64,000 nt of DNA, from contig OX597817.1 of NCBI GenBank assembly GCA_951406725.2, positions 67,456,001 to 67,520,000 on the forward strand, read 5' to 3'. Positions 28,031 to 41,095 of this stretch are shown piece by piece; the stretch's first letter is position 1; every line of letters begins with the position of its first letter. Below the pieces are notes generated by a model, which was not told the DNA's origin, made no database searches, and saw nothing but the letters and a program-made list of their open reading frames with translations. The translations under genes and the position numbers were made by a program. The stretch is from Octopus vulgaris. Taxonomy: Eukaryota.

Positions 28031-28645
28031 GTGTGTGTCAGTGTGTCACATTTTGACACCCCTCTCTCACTATTCAATACCACTTCTACTTCCCTTGCTG
28101 GGGTGAGAGTAATAGTAGGCATAGAGACGGTTAGGGCAGTAGTAGGTTGACAGTTGAGATGGTAATGGGGTGATTGTAACTGTATGAGCTGTAGTTGTGA
28201 TAGAAGTGGAGGCAACAGTGACGAAGGTGGTGGTGGTGGTGGTGGTGGGGTAGCTGAGGCGGTCAAGCATAACGGTGATAGTAAGGGATGTGAAAGACAG
28301 TGGTGATGGTGGTCGAGGGGAAGGCGGTGAAATCAAAAGTGTTGATGGTGGGGGCGTCAAAAGTCTGAATAGTGTGTGAATCGAGGTTGTTGCTGGCGAT
28401 GGTGGTTGTACTGATGATGGTGATGGTTGAAAACAATCAACAGAAAAGAAAAGAGAGAGAGGAAGAGGTTAGACGGAAAAATATATTCTGATCCTGTGAA
28501 TGGGAAAACAAAAAAATATTGCTTATCATAAAGCTTTGTAGTAAATTCCAAGTCGATATATTATTGTTTTGATGAAAATTGTTCATTGCTTGAAAAATAT
28601 TGGTCAAGTTTAATAAAATTTAATATATACTCAATGCATGAAGTG

Positions 28646-28746
28646 TCATTATTGGGTTCAACGCCCAATGAAGAGCCCTTCACAGGAGCTCGCTGAAAAG
28701 CCGCCCGATAGAGCAGCTTTTAAGCTAGTATGTATGTATATGTGTG

Positions 28747-28783
<37 letters not shown>

Positions 28784-29127
28784 TTTATAGAAGGAGCTTC
28801 TACAGGACTAGAACTGTTTCATTCAGATGAAATCTTCAGGAAGCTGGCTGTCAAAATAAGGTCTGGTATTTATACATTTAGGCAGATTTAATGGGGTGAG
28901 GTGGGGGACGTTTTTGGGTAAGCAGGGCACAAACTATTGTTCTTAGGGGAGTGGTCAAAAGGCCAGAGAGTTTATTGAAATGAGAAGAATCACTGATTCT
29001 TCTCATTTCAATAAACCCATTAAATCTGCCTAAATGTATAAATACCAGACCTTATTATGACAGCCAGCTTCCTGAAGATTTCATCTGAATGAAACAGTTC
29101 TAGTCCTGTAGAAGCTCCTTCTATAAA

Positions 29128-29176
<49 letters not shown>

Positions 29177-29306
29177 CACACGTATACATACATACTAGCT
29201 TAAAAGCTGCTCTATCGTGCGGCTTTTCAGCGAGCTCCTGTGAAGGGCTCTTCATTGGGCGTTGAACCCAATAATGAGGTTAACCCCGACTCAACCCGGC
29301 ACCTAC
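28646..29306. repeat. Nested fold-back unit containing (TA)n and two mirror hammerheads
   Basis: Outer arms 28646-28895 and 29016-29277; inner 23-bp-arm hairpin 28970-29016; tail 29278-29306 shared with the 14.3-kb unit. Confidence 0.9.
29066..29116 (+). ncRNA. Type I hammerhead ribozyme (mirror copy on the minus strand at 28795-28845)
   Basis: AGCUUC CUGAAGA U UUC-AUCU-GAA U GAAA CAG-UUCUAGUC-CUG UA GAAGCU. It differs from the 14356 copy only at N7 and in loop II. Confidence 0.8.
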
Positions 29307-29345
<39 letters not shown>

Positions 29346-29357
29346 CGTGTGCGTGTA

Positions 29358-29545
29358 TAGTGAGAATTTATAAAAAAAAGCAAATAAAAAAAAGACGAAG
29401 ACGGATGTGTAAACAACAAAGAGATGTATTAGTTTAACGCTCGGGAAGTGAGAAAGTCTTTTACGTTTCGAGCCTACGATCTTCGACAGAAAGGAACACC
29501 GGAATAAACAGGGAGAGAAAATAGAAAAAGTTTTAGTGGCTAGTG
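29358..29545 (-). mobile_element. Stub family H1 with hammerhead-like motif at 29458-29493
   Basis: Reverse complement CTTT CTGTCGA A GATC-GTAG-GCTC GAAA CG TA AAAG. Confidence 0.6.
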
Positions 29546-29654
29546 ATAAATATAAACACACATAAACATATATGCGAATATATATTGTCATGCCTTGAGT
29601 TCTATTCTCTAGCTTGATTCTCCAAAACTTTGTGTGTGTGTGTGTTTGTATGTA

Positions 29655-29726
<72 letters not shown>

Positions 29727-29873
29727 CATCTCTGTCTCTGTCTCTTTCTCTGTCTCTCTTTCACTCTCTAAACAGCTGTTGTAATGGCGGTGTGGGTTTC
29801 CACCCCAACATTCGAAACTCGGAGTTTTATCATGGCAACCGAATAATTGTCACATTATATTTACAGATAAATT

Positions 29874-29914
<41 letters not shown>

Positions 29915-30267
29915 ATAAAACGGTAAGATAACAAAAGAAAGAAAGAGACCTCAATATTATGTAAATAGAGGAAATTTATCTATACAATATGTTACATTAC
30001 TCGGTAGTCAAGATATAACTCTGAGTTTCAGATGCCGAAGTGGAAATCCACAACACCATCTCTTCGGTTATCTGGCTATTTGAAAACGTTATGAAAAAAT
30101 ACCGTTAAAAATGAAGGGAAATTACTCTGTTATAACTCTGCTTTGCCTGCGTACTTATACATCGCTCGCATTTTTCGTCATAAAAATTATATAAAAATAC
30201 ATAAAAATATATAAAAATATATAAAAATATATAAAATCTTCTTGGGACATAACACAGAAAGCATGTT

Positions 30268-30994
30268 CTATCCGTTTTCTTTAGGGGACCAAAAACGTAA
30301 CAGAAATTTAGTCACATGTGGGCATGATCCGAAAAGCTCTGTCCTTGTATTTAGACATGTGGTAGGGTCTAAGCTGCTTTTCCAGATAAGCCATCTCTCC
30401 ATGTCGCATAAACCGCACCTTCCGCTGCCGTTAGTATAGGGCTTACATCTGGCCAAAATCTTCCATTGTATGTTATAATCGACACCTTTATCTCTTAAAG
30501 ACCAAATATGATTGGATAATTGTGTCGCTTTTCTTTTGTTCCAGTGCCTAAAGCTCAAAGTGTGGTTATTGAACCTGGCCTTGAAATTACCCTCTGTCAG
30601 GCCCACGTATTTCTTCGTCGAAACGGTGTCTTTAGTGGTTATAGAGTTTACGGTAGCTTCATATATGATGGTCTTGGACATGCAAGCTCCATTTAGCGGG
30701 CACAATTCTTTATTCCTGCATGAACAGCTGTTTTCTTCTTGTGTTTTTTGTATGTTATGATTGATTATGTTTTTAAAATTGGTAGTTGAACTAAAACTAA
30801 TTTTTAAATTGTGTCTATTGAAGAGTTTCCTATAAGCATGGTTAACTGGAAAATGTCTATCTATCAGTGCTAGGAAATATTTACCTATATTGAAGGCCAC
30901 CTCGGGTGAGTAAGGGGGCGTAAACCAGATGACCTTCCTATTTCTATTATTCCTTTTCCTTATTGTTGGGCTGGTGATAGGTGTATATTTTATT
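30268..30994 (-). CDS. PLE C-terminal linker plus GIY-YIG endonuclease, 5'-truncated, uninterrupted (left arm)
   Basis: The frame runs through the spacer as IKYTPITSPTIRKRNNRNRKVIWFTPPYS. Motifs CSCR..CPLNGAC, IIY..YVG, FKARFNNH, CGLCDME, LNTRTEL..CPH. Confidence 0.8.
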
Positions 30995-31700
30995 CAGCCC
31001 AACAATAAGGAAAAGGAATAATAGAAATAGGAAGGTCATCTGGTTTACGCCCCCTTACTCACCCGAGGTGGCCTTCAATATAGGTAAATATTTCCTAGCA
31101 CTGATAGATAGACATTTTCCAGTTAACCATGCTTATAGGAAACTCTTCAATAGACACAATTTAAAAATTAGTTTTAGTTCAACTACCAATTTTAAAAACA
31201 TAATCAATCATAACATACAAAAAACACAAGAAGAAAACAGCTGTTCATGCAGGAATAAAGAATTGTGCCCGCTAAATGGAGCTTGCATGTCCAAGACCAT
31301 CATATATGAAGCTACCGTAAACTCTATAACCACTAAAGACACCGTTTCGACGAAGAAATACGTGGGCCTGACAGAGGGTAATTTCAAGGCCAGGTTCAAT
31401 AACCACACTTTGAGCTTTAGGCACTGGAACAAAAGAAAAGCGACACAATTATCCAATCATATTTGGTCTTTAAGAGATAAAGGTGTCGATTATAACATAC
31501 AATGGAAGATTTTGGCCAGATGTAAGCCCTATACTAACGGCAGCGGAAGGTGCGGTTTATGCGACATGGAGAGATGGCTTATCTGGAAAAGCAGCTTAGA
31601 CCCTACCACATGTCTAAATACAAGGACAGAGCTTTTCGGATCATGCCCACATGTGACTAAATTTCTGTTACGTTTTTGGTCCCCTAAAGAAAACGGATAG
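30981..31700 (+). CDS. PLE C-terminal linker plus GIY-YIG endonuclease, 5'-truncated (right arm, identical peptide)
   Basis: 239-aa ORF in the track. The GTG start lies in the spacer and is probably fortuitous. Confidence 0.75.
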   Translation: MYILFSPTIRKRNNRNRKVIWFTPPYSPEVAFNIGKYFLALIDRHFPVNHAYRKLFNRHNLKISFSSTTNFKNIINHNIQKTQEENSCSCRNKELCPLNGACMSKTIIYEATVNSITTKDTVSTKKYVGLTEGNFKARFNNHTLSFRHWNKRKATQLSNHIWSLRDKGVDYNIQWKILARCKPYTNGSGRCGLCDMERWLIWKSSLDPTTCLNTRTELFGSCPHVTKFLLRFWSPKENG

Positions 31701-31894
31701 AACATGCTTTCTGTGTTATGTCCCAAGAAGATTTTATATATTTTTATATATTTTTATATATTTTTATGTATTTTTATATAATTTTTATGACGAAAAATGC
31801 GAGCGATGTATAAGTACGCAGGCAAAGCAGAGTTATAACAGAGTAATTTCCCTTCATTTTTAACGGTATTTTTTCATAACGTTTTCAAATAGCC

Positions 31895-31957
31895 AGATAA
31901 CCGAAGAGATGGTGTTGTGGATTTCCACTTCGGCATCTGAAACTCAGAGTTTTATCT
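31895..31957 (+). ncRNA. Type I hammerhead-like motif with CCGAAGA core (mirror copy on the minus strand at 30011-30073)
   Basis: Stem I AGAUAA/UUAUCU, CCGAAGA, extended stem II GAUG..GUGGA-UU-UCCAC..CAUC, U GAAA, near-palindromic ACUC-A-GAGU, then U. Confidence 0.65.
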
Positions 31958-31979
31958 TGACTACCGAGTAATGTAACAT

Positions 31980-32032
<53 letters not shown>

Positions 32033-32707
32033 ATAAATTACTTCATTGTACGTAACTGAAGGAGCATTAAATTAGAATAAACATCTACATACCATACATA
32101 ACTTATTATATACACCACTGAAAGGCGTGATGTTGTGGTTTTTGTCTGAGAGAAAAATCTCCCAATAGACATGTGTGAAGATCACAATGTATATCGGAGC
32201 GAGGCGAACATCGACCCAGCAAAAATGATAAGGGGATAATGACGATGATGATGGTGATTAGCAGCAGGAGGAGGAGAATAAAGGAGGGGGCAGGAGGAAA
32301 ATAGGAAGGGGCATGAGGTGCATTGGGAAAAGAGGGAAAGGAAGAAGGATAAAGGTAGTATGGAAAATATTTCTGCAAACAAGTAAATTTTCCAGTTAAA
32401 AATAACTTTCACGTGTACACACAAACACTCGCGCACGCATCACATGCTGATAGAAGCATAAACTTAGCTACCGTTGAAAATAACATTACGGAAGAGCGAA
32501 TCATCAATAAATTAATTAAGAAAAATCACACATATTTCCCAAATGAGTTGCATCAGATTCGAAAATGCTGATATGCTGTGTGTGTATGTGTGCATGTGTG
32601 CGTGCGTGTGTGTGTATGTATATACGCACACATATATACTGAGATCTCCGTGGTATGTTATATAGTATATGCATATAAATATATACATACATACACGCTC
32701 TCTCTGT

Positions 32708-32742
<35 letters not shown>

Positions 32743-33437
32743 TATATGTTTATTTATATACATACACACATACATTTAACCGTAAGGAAGCACGTTTTAA
32801 GAGTGTTTGTGCTTTGAGTATTTACCATGGAAAAAAAGTAAGACAGTATTAACATTTTTAACTAAGCAGCTACAGGTTTCAATCGCTTTAAGAAGACAAT
32901 CTAGTCATGCTGAAACAAAAGAAAAAAACTTAATTGACTATCGTAAATTTTAAGCCACTTTTTAAAAGTATTTTTGACTGGTTATTCCCTGAGTTTGTCC
33001 ATGCCATGCCCCACCTCCTTTACGTTATAGAATATTGTAAGAATGTCGTCTTTAATTCGAATGATGTGTGACATTACACAAGCTCCTCTATTTAAACGAA
33101 TGAGTACGTTATCTGAATCTATTACTTAAGTCTGTTATAGGTTAATTCGATATACTTATTTAATGTACGATCTACCTATTGCATAATTGCTTTATATACT
33201 GAATTCCGCTGACGGAGTAATGTTTAACCAGAGGCTAAGCTAGCTGACACTTGCTCGAGGGACTACACAGTGACACTGAATCCGAAACTATATGGTTACA
33301 ACGTGAAATTATTAACCATAAAGCTATGCCTTCGTTACATAAGCACACACACACGTACGAATGTGTATGAGCAACAGCGCGCGTGAGTATATGATCTATA
33401 AATGTAAATAATTTTGTGTGCATATATATATATATAT

Positions 33438-33642
33438 TATTTTATTTTTTCAGTTATTTGACGGCGGCCATGCTGGAGCACCACCTTTAGTCGAACAAAT
33501 CGCCCCCAGGACTTATTCTTTGTAAGCCTGGTATTTATTCTATCGGGTCTCTTTTTCCCAACCGCTAAGTGACGGGGCCGTAAACACACCAACAGCGGTT
33601 GTCGAGCGATGGTAGGGGGGCAAACACAGACACAAATAACAA

Positions 33643-33700
<58 letters not shown>

Positions 33701-33815
33701 CCATCTACCAAATCCACTCACAAGGCTTTGGTTGGCCAGAGGTGCCACGCAATGTGGCTGAACCCGGAACCATGTGGTTGGTAAGCAAGCTACTTACCAC
33801 ACAACGACTCCTGTG

Positions 33816-33817
<2 letters not shown>
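33438..33817 (-). mobile_element. SINE family A with internal deletions
   Basis: Matches the family on the reverse strand. Confidence 0.85.
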
Positions 33818-33892
<75 letters not shown>

Positions 33893-34309
33893 ATGTATAT
33901 ATGCATATATGTATGTATGTATGCATGTATGCATGTATGTATGTATGCATGTATGTATGCATGTATGTATGTACGTATGTATACATGTGTGTATTATACA
34001 TGTTTGTATTCAATTTCCATTATTAATAATATTATGAATATTATCACCACACCCCTTGCTAGTTGTTTGTTTACATAGTCGCTTGTTTCACCAACTTTCA
34101 GAAACAGTGTGAAAGATGTGATAAATTATTCATCGTGTTTATCTGTATTCATTTAGCACATGCCTGGAAATAGTTTATAATCTCAGAACTGATTCTTTGC
34201 CAATCAGCTAATTCTTTTATTGTGCATCATCATTAATTCTCTTGTTTTTGTTTTTGTTTTTGTTTTTGTTTTTTTTTTTGTTGTTGTTCTCATCACTGAT
34301 AATTATCAT

Positions 34310-34414
34310 AGTCGTCATCATCGTCATTTGTCGCCGACGCTACCATCAAAATCGTCATCATCGTGGTCCACGTCATCATCATCATCAACACCATCATCGT
34401 CATCGTCATCGTCG

Positions 34415-34480
<66 letters not shown>

Positions 34481-34648
34481 CCACCATCATCATCACCATC
34501 ATCATCATTTTCGTCATAGTGCTCTCACTGTCGCTGTCGTCATCAGAATCGGGGTCAGCATTATCAACAGTATCGTCGTCGTTGTCGTCATCATCATCAT
34601 CACCACCAGCATCATCATCATCATCATCATCGTCGTCGTCGTCGTCAA
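34310..34648. repeat. Imperfect (CAT)n/(CGT)n trinucleotide tract
   Basis: Directly visible; source of the poly-S/H/D/M ORFs. Confidence 0.9.
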
Positions 34649-35026
34649 ATGCAGATACAAAAAAAAAACAGGCAAAAACTTTAGTACACGAAACAAATGA
34701 GGGTGACTCTGCAGCAGAGAAGTGAGAAACCTTCACTTAGGTGGGTGGAATCAAGATACAACAGGATACCGACCGGCATCTTTTGCAAACTGATTCCATC
34801 AAGTCTTTAAGATTTCGTTGAACACTGAGATCTCTCACATTGTACGGGGATAGGTTCGTTAGCACCATACTAGCAGAGGCACCCGGCGTTGCCCAGGAAC
34901 GACATTGTTCCATATATATTAGAAGGAAAAAAAGTAAAATGTGTTGTATAGAAATTTATTCTAAATTCAGTTTATTCTTCAATTGGGAAACATGGTAAAA
35001 TCAATTCTGAATTCATAATACAAAAA

Positions 35027-35077
<51 letters not shown>

Positions 35078-35097
35078 GTTATTATTGTTATTTTTAT

Positions 35098-35227
<130 letters not shown>

Positions 35228-36001
35228 TCTATGATTATTATTATCATTATTATTATTATTATTATTATTATTTCTTTATTGTCCACAGTGGACAAACAAG
35301 GCTACGTTGGCTCGAGGCTGTAGTAGAAGATACTTGCCCAAGGAGATGCTTCTCTGTTTCTTTCTCTCCAATGAGGAAGTGAGCGTCCTCATTGGCATTA
35401 TGCACAGACAGATAAATACACAGACATCTGCTAATCTATATATCTATATTGTCATTCCTAATTCGGAGAGCCATAATATTCAAGCTCTTCCAGAAGCCTC
35501 GGTTCATTCTTTATTTATTTTATTTTGAGTTTGGTCCCGCTTTCTGTTCTTACTGCTTCCTTTCCGTCGACACAAGATGGACTTACTCATCACCTCTGAG
35601 CAGTTTTATATCGTCTGCCTCCCTTTCCGTCAGCATTGAGAGTAAAGCGATTTTATTTACCTCTCATTCCGCCCGGGCTACCACTGGAACGGCAACCTAG
35701 ATTACAGTCAAAACAGCGGCAACAGCAGCCGTTCAAGAATTTGGACCTGGAGATCTCCATTTCCAGCGACTTCGAGGGCCACCTCCCTGTGGTGTCGGAC
35801 ATCAACGAAGAGCCCTCGACTACAACAAGACGACCAAAGTTTTTTTTTTCCAAGGTCTGGGGTCTCCCGCCCCTAAGCCCTAGACCATCACCTATTCACT
35901 CTTACCCGTCTTGTTGCTTAACAACAACAACAACAGCGGCAACAGCAACTGTGGTTTTCAGCTCTGGAGCATGCTTCTCTCTGCTGGTCTCGTGTGTGTA
36001 A

Positions 36002-36037
<36 letters not shown>

Positions 36038-36506
36038 CCTCTTCTGATCAGTAAGCTCTCATGTGGCTTCTATTACAAAATATATAACAAATTAGCTTTC
36101 TGCTTTGGACTATTAGTCCAATTGATTTGCTGTCCACTCTTGCAAGAGAATAATACAACTGTTGAATGACCTTGAGTTATCGTGGATCAAATCTGCGCTC
36201 ACCACCGATCCATGCTGTGCGGCAATGTTGGTGGTATGCCAATGGTCAATATTAGAATAAATGTATTTGACTATGAGTTTCTTACTCTACGACTGTCACT
36301 CTGTCTCTGTCTCCTTACCTCATATTTGGTCTTAAAGGGCTGGTACGTATTTCCATATGCTCCGTCCTTAGACTACAATGCACCCTTCCTTTCACATCTC
36401 GGTCAGGGTTTTCTCCAAATCCATCTCCGAGAATGAATATAAGCTTTCTGTTTTTCACAACATATGCAATAATAATGATTTCTAACGTTGGTGCAATACC
36501 ATACAA

Positions 36507-36673
36507 AGAAGAAGAAGAAGAAGAAAGAGAAGAAGAAGAAGAAGAAGAAGAAGAAGAAGAAGAAGAAGAAGAAGAAGAAGAAGAAGAAGAAGAAGAAGAA
36601 GAAGAAGAAGAAGAAGAAGAAGAAGAAGAAGAAGAAGAAGAAGAAGAAGAAGAAGAAGAAGAAGAAGAAGAAA
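36507..36673. repeat. (GAA)n microsatellite
   Basis: Directly visible. Confidence 0.95.
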
Positions 36674-37080
36674 ATAATAGTAGCAACAGTAGCAATTCAA
36701 AAGGTGATTTTGTAAAAATCAGTATTGGGTTAATTGACAAGTGAAATATATATTTGAATTTTTTCTCCATTATTTGTTGTCAGTCATTTAATTGTAGAAC
36801 TAGTAGTTGTTGTTAGTAGTGCTGCAGCAGTTGTTATTGTTGTTGCTGTTGTTATTCATTTGAATTGATAATGTTTCGATTGAATATAATTCTACATACT
36901 TCTACTATTGTTATTCTTGACAAATATTTCGATTTACACTTTTACACCTTGTTTTTTTTTTATCTTTTTTAATTTCATTTCCTTTTAGTTTTACTCTTTG
37001 TCGTTTCTGATAATCTAATCTTAGACATGCATCGCTGTAGCGGTTACTACTGCTCCTATTCCTATTGCTATTGTGATTGT

Positions 37081-37400
37081 GGAGTCGCAATGGCCCAGTG
37101 GTTAGAGTAGCGGACTCGCGGTCGTAGGATCGCGGTTTCGATTCCCAGACTGGGCGTTGTGAGTGTTTATTGAGCGAAAACATCGAAAGTTCCACGAGGC
37201 TCCGGCAGGGGGTGGTGGCGAACTCTGCTGTACTCTTTCGCCACAACTTTCTCTCACTCTTTCTTCCTGTTTCTTGAATCTCTTCCGAGAACTATGTTAA
37301 GGGTGCACGTGTCTGTGGAATGCTCAGTCACTTGCATGTTAATTTCGCGAGCAGGCTGTTCCGTTGATCGGATCAACTGAGACCCTTATCGCCGGAGTGC
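37081..37400 (+). mobile_element. SINE family C with a tRNA(Arg)-like head
   Basis: TGGCCCAGTGG (A box), GCGGAC-TCG-CGGTCGT anticodon-arm-like segment, GGTTTCGATTCCC (B box), followed by a non-tRNA body. Confidence 0.7.
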
Positions 37401-37436
37401 TATGTAGTGTTATTGTTGATGCTGTTGATGTGTAAA

Positions 37437-37640
37437 AGCTGGCAGAATTACAACTTCGGATAAAATGATTAGCAGCATTTGTTCCTGCTCTTTACGTTCT
37501 GTGTTTAAATTCTGCCGAGGTTCACTTTACCTTTCATTCTAAAGGAGTCGATAAGATAAAGTACCAGTTGGACATTAAGCTGATGTAATCAGCTACACCG
37601 CTTCTCAAATTGTCAGTCTTTGTACTTAAAGCAGAAACAA
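37437..37640 (+). mobile_element. Old SINE family B copy
   Basis: AGCTGGCAGAA..TGCCGAGGTTCACTTTACCTTTCATTC..GTCGATAA. Confidence 0.65.
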
Positions 37641-37739
37641 TAATAATATTTTTATTAGCTTTGTGCAAAAATTAGAAAAAAATATTATTAATCTTTTAAT
37701 TCAAGTTTTGTTGGAATTCCTGGAATCTTGCATGAGTTG

Positions 37740-38130
37740 CAGGCTTGCTACCAGTAGCCTGCTGTACCAAGCTATATGGTCTTTTCAACTAATAGTTTCC
37801 TGATGATTCTGGCCGTGTCAAGGAGGAATACCTTGTGTAACAGCTCTACCGGACACTAATTGCCATTTCTTTTATGTTCCTCTCAGTATATTTTGATACT
37901 GTTCCCAAGGCCTCAACAACAGCTGGCACTATCTTCACATTATTCCACTTTCACGGTCGGGCTCTCACATATTTAAGAGGTTTGTATACGTCAACTTTCT
38001 TGCCTTCCTGCTTAACTATATATGGGTCAAATCTGCATGCAACATCAGTTATAGAGCACATGTGGTTTGCTTCGTCCACCACCACTAGGTCACATATGTT
38101 GTGCTCAAGAAACTGGTCTGTCAGGGAAGC
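37740..38130 (-). mobile_element. R4/Dong-type RLE 3' fragment
   Basis: TDQFLEHNICDLVVVDE..ITDVACRFD..KQEGKKVDVYKPL, then IVPAVVEALGTV in another frame. Confidence 0.65.
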
Positions 38131-38172
38131 ACCTGATCTGTTAGAACTGGAAATTATTGTTATTATTATTAT

Positions 38173-38725
38173 TGAGTGTGAGAGCAGTGCAAGCCAACAA
38201 AGTGACACTGAGGCAAAATATACGAAGCCCAGTATACCTGTCATGACTACCTGCCTGATAAGGGTACACCAGGCACATGCATATGTGCGTGACATGGTGA
38301 TCTTATATCAAGATAAACAGTGCATGACCTTGCAGGTAGGGCCCAGATATTCTTGAGAATTTTCTTCGGGTCAAGTAACCCATCCCGCTCAAAAAGTCCC
38401 TGAATAAGGATTGTTTAAGGATGTTGAACAAAACACCAATGTTTCCAGAGGTGAATTCTCTAAACCCCAAAAGATCCTTTTCAATACATGACTATGATGC
38501 ACTGCCACTACTTCTGCTCGTGAAAAGAGATGTACGTATCGTCAGCCACTAAAGGACATGATCAACTGGTTAGGGTCAAACAACTAACAAGTAAATCTGT
38601 GGTACTGAGTAGAATATTTGCTGTAGCCCATCTTTTGTACCAAGACAAAACAATGTACATGATAACACTTCCAATCAATTAAGATCAGAAGCCATGAGAG
38701 CCACTTCCTGGTACTACTTCAGGAT
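38173..38725 (+). mobile_element. Family T repeat, older copy
   Basis: Aligns with 38980-39530 with scattered substitutions; flanked by (TTA)n and (TTG)n. Confidence 0.85.
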
Positions 38726-38773
<48 letters not shown>

Positions 38774-38896
38774 ATTATTATCTTTTCATTCAATTTTGTT
38801 TCCATTTCTTGCCGAGTGTCTTACCGACATCTAGGGCAAAGAAACTCACTGTATACCCTGGTAGACCATTAAAATAATGACACTAGATTGATTATT

Positions 38897-38933
<37 letters not shown>

Positions 38934-38979
38934 CCATTATTATTATCATTATTATTATTATCATTATTATTATTATTAT

Positions 38980-39530
38980 TGAGTGAGAGAGCAGTTCATG
39001 CCATCAAAGTGACACTGGGGTAAAATATACGAAGCCCAATATACCCATCATGACTACCCGTCTGATAAGGGTACACCAGGCACATGCATCACAACCATAT
39101 GTGCGCGACATGGTGATCTCATATCAAGATAAACAGCACATGACCTTGCAGGTGGGGCCCAGTTAGAATTTTCTTCAGGTTGAGTAGCCCATCCCGCTCA
39201 AAAGGTCCCTGAATAAGGGTTGTTTAAGGATGTTGAAAGAACCACCCATGTTTCCAGAGGTGAACTATTCAAACCCCAAATAATCCCTCTCAACACATGG
39301 CTATGATGCTCCCCCACTACTTCTGCTCGTGATCAGAGATGCACATATCGTCAGCCACTAAGGGACATGCTCAACTGGTTAAGGTCAAACAACTGACAAG
39401 CAAATCTGTGGTATTGAGCAGAATATTTGCTGTAGCCCATCTTTTATACCAAGACAAAACAATGTACATGATAACACTTCCAATCAGTTAAGATCAGAAG
39501 CCATGAGAGCCTGGTACTGCATCAGGGCAT
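38980..39530 (+). mobile_element. Family T repeat, ~550 bp, non-coding, inside (TTA)n
   Basis: GAGTGAGAGAGCAG..CTGCATCAGGGCAT; three copies in the window. Confidence 0.88.
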
Positions 39531-39569
39531 TTATTATTACTATTATTATTATTATTATTATCATTATTA

Positions 39570-39641
<72 letters not shown>

Positions 39642-39654
39642 TTATTATTATTAC

Positions 39655-39716
<62 letters not shown>

Positions 39717-40100
39717 CTACTACTACTATTACTAAAATTCGTTTGCTGCAGCTTTTTGTATATTATCATGCACGTATGCAAGACAATTCTATTCCACTTC
39801 AACTCGTTTATAATTTTTATATTCGTTTTTGTCAACGGTTTATAGTTATTATTCTAGAGTTTTCATCAATTTTGAAATTACGCAGCTCCTATCCAATCAG
39901 CTTTAAATATTTGTTACCAAATTATTATCACTCCGCCATATATAAGCAGTTGTAAAGGATTGTATTGTTACGAAAGTTCAGTTTTGTCTGATGATCGGTT
40001 TCGTGAAACTGTGAATAACAGCTACTGAAGATTTTCAGCTTCAATAAAACACTTTATTATATTTTTGGTATTTGACTACTATTTTCACCTGTGTGAGATG

Positions 40101-40153
<53 letters not shown>

Positions 40154-40214
40154 TGAGTATGTGAATGTGTGTGTATACATAAATATACATGTATATGTAC
40201 ATGCATACGTACAT

Positions 40215-40254
<40 letters not shown>

Positions 40255-40696
40255 GCACACACACACTCACACATACACACACACACACACCACACACGTG
40301 TGCACACACACATGCACACACACATGCACACACACACACACACACACAAAAATATGCTTACCACTTATATATTTTTTAATGTTGAACTGACGATGATAAT
40401 ATGTAAGGACTATCCAACATGACTACTAGAAACACGTATATTAAATACATTTAAAAATATCAACATTTAGTTTTGTCATTATTCTGATATATGTGTGCGT
40501 GCATGTGTGTTTGATGTTTGTGCTTGCATACGTATATATGTGTTGTGTGTCTGTGTGTGCGTTTGTGCGAGTGTGTATGTGCGTGAGTCTGTAAAGATTA
40601 CAGCTAATATGGAGAGACACTTGAAAAGTATCATTCAACCCACATATTGAAATATATACATACAAGCATATACATACATGCTAACATACATATATG

Positions 40697-41095
40697 AGTG
40701 GCTGTGTGGTAAGTAGCTTGCTAACCAACCACATGGTTCTGGGTTCAGTCCCACTGCGTGGCATCTTGGGCAAGCGTCTTCTGCTATAGCCCCGGGCCGA
40801 CCAATGCCTTGTGAGAGGATCTGGTAGACGGAAACTGAAAGAAGCCTGTCGTATATATGTATCTATATATGTGTGTGTGTGTGTGTCTGTGTTTGTCCCC
40901 CTAGCATTGCTTGACAACCGATGCTAGTGTGTTTATGTCCCTGTCACTTAGCGGTTCGGCAAAAGAGACCGATAGAATAAGTACTGGGCTTACAAAGAAT
41001 AAGTCCCGGGGTCGAGTTGCTCGACTAAAGGCGGTGCCCCAGCATGGCCGCAGTGAAATGACTGAAACAAGTAAAAGAGTAAAAGAGTAAAGAGT
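40697..41095 (+). mobile_element. SINE family A
   Basis: Matches the family consensus. Confidence 0.9.

Larger units (their letters stand above)
29910..31987. mobile_element. 5'-truncated Penelope-like element (Naiad-type GIY-YIG) present as a 2-kb inverted duplication inside (TA)n
   Basis: Arms 29981-30973 and 30995-31987 (993 bp each), 21-nt spacer, one mismatch seen (30016/31952). The left arm has an extra ~70-nt tail. (TA)n on both flanks. Confidence 0.92.

Noticed and set aside
31700-31900. SECIS element or selenocysteine codons in the Naiad-type element (some Naiads encode selenoproteins)
   Set aside because: There is no in-frame TGA in the preserved ORF. The AUGAC at about 31787 lacks a convincing helix II, apical AA and GA quartet by eye. 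A SECISearch run on full-length copies would settle it.
37081-37155. tRNA-Arg gene
   Set aside because: The acceptor stem does not close and the sequence continues into a SINE body, so it is treated as a SINE head.
39480-39525. U2 snRNA-like words (ATCAGTTAAGATCAGA, CCTGGTACTGCA) at the end of family T
   Set aside because: The matches are short and imperfect, the spacing is wrong, and there is no Sm site or branch-pairing region.
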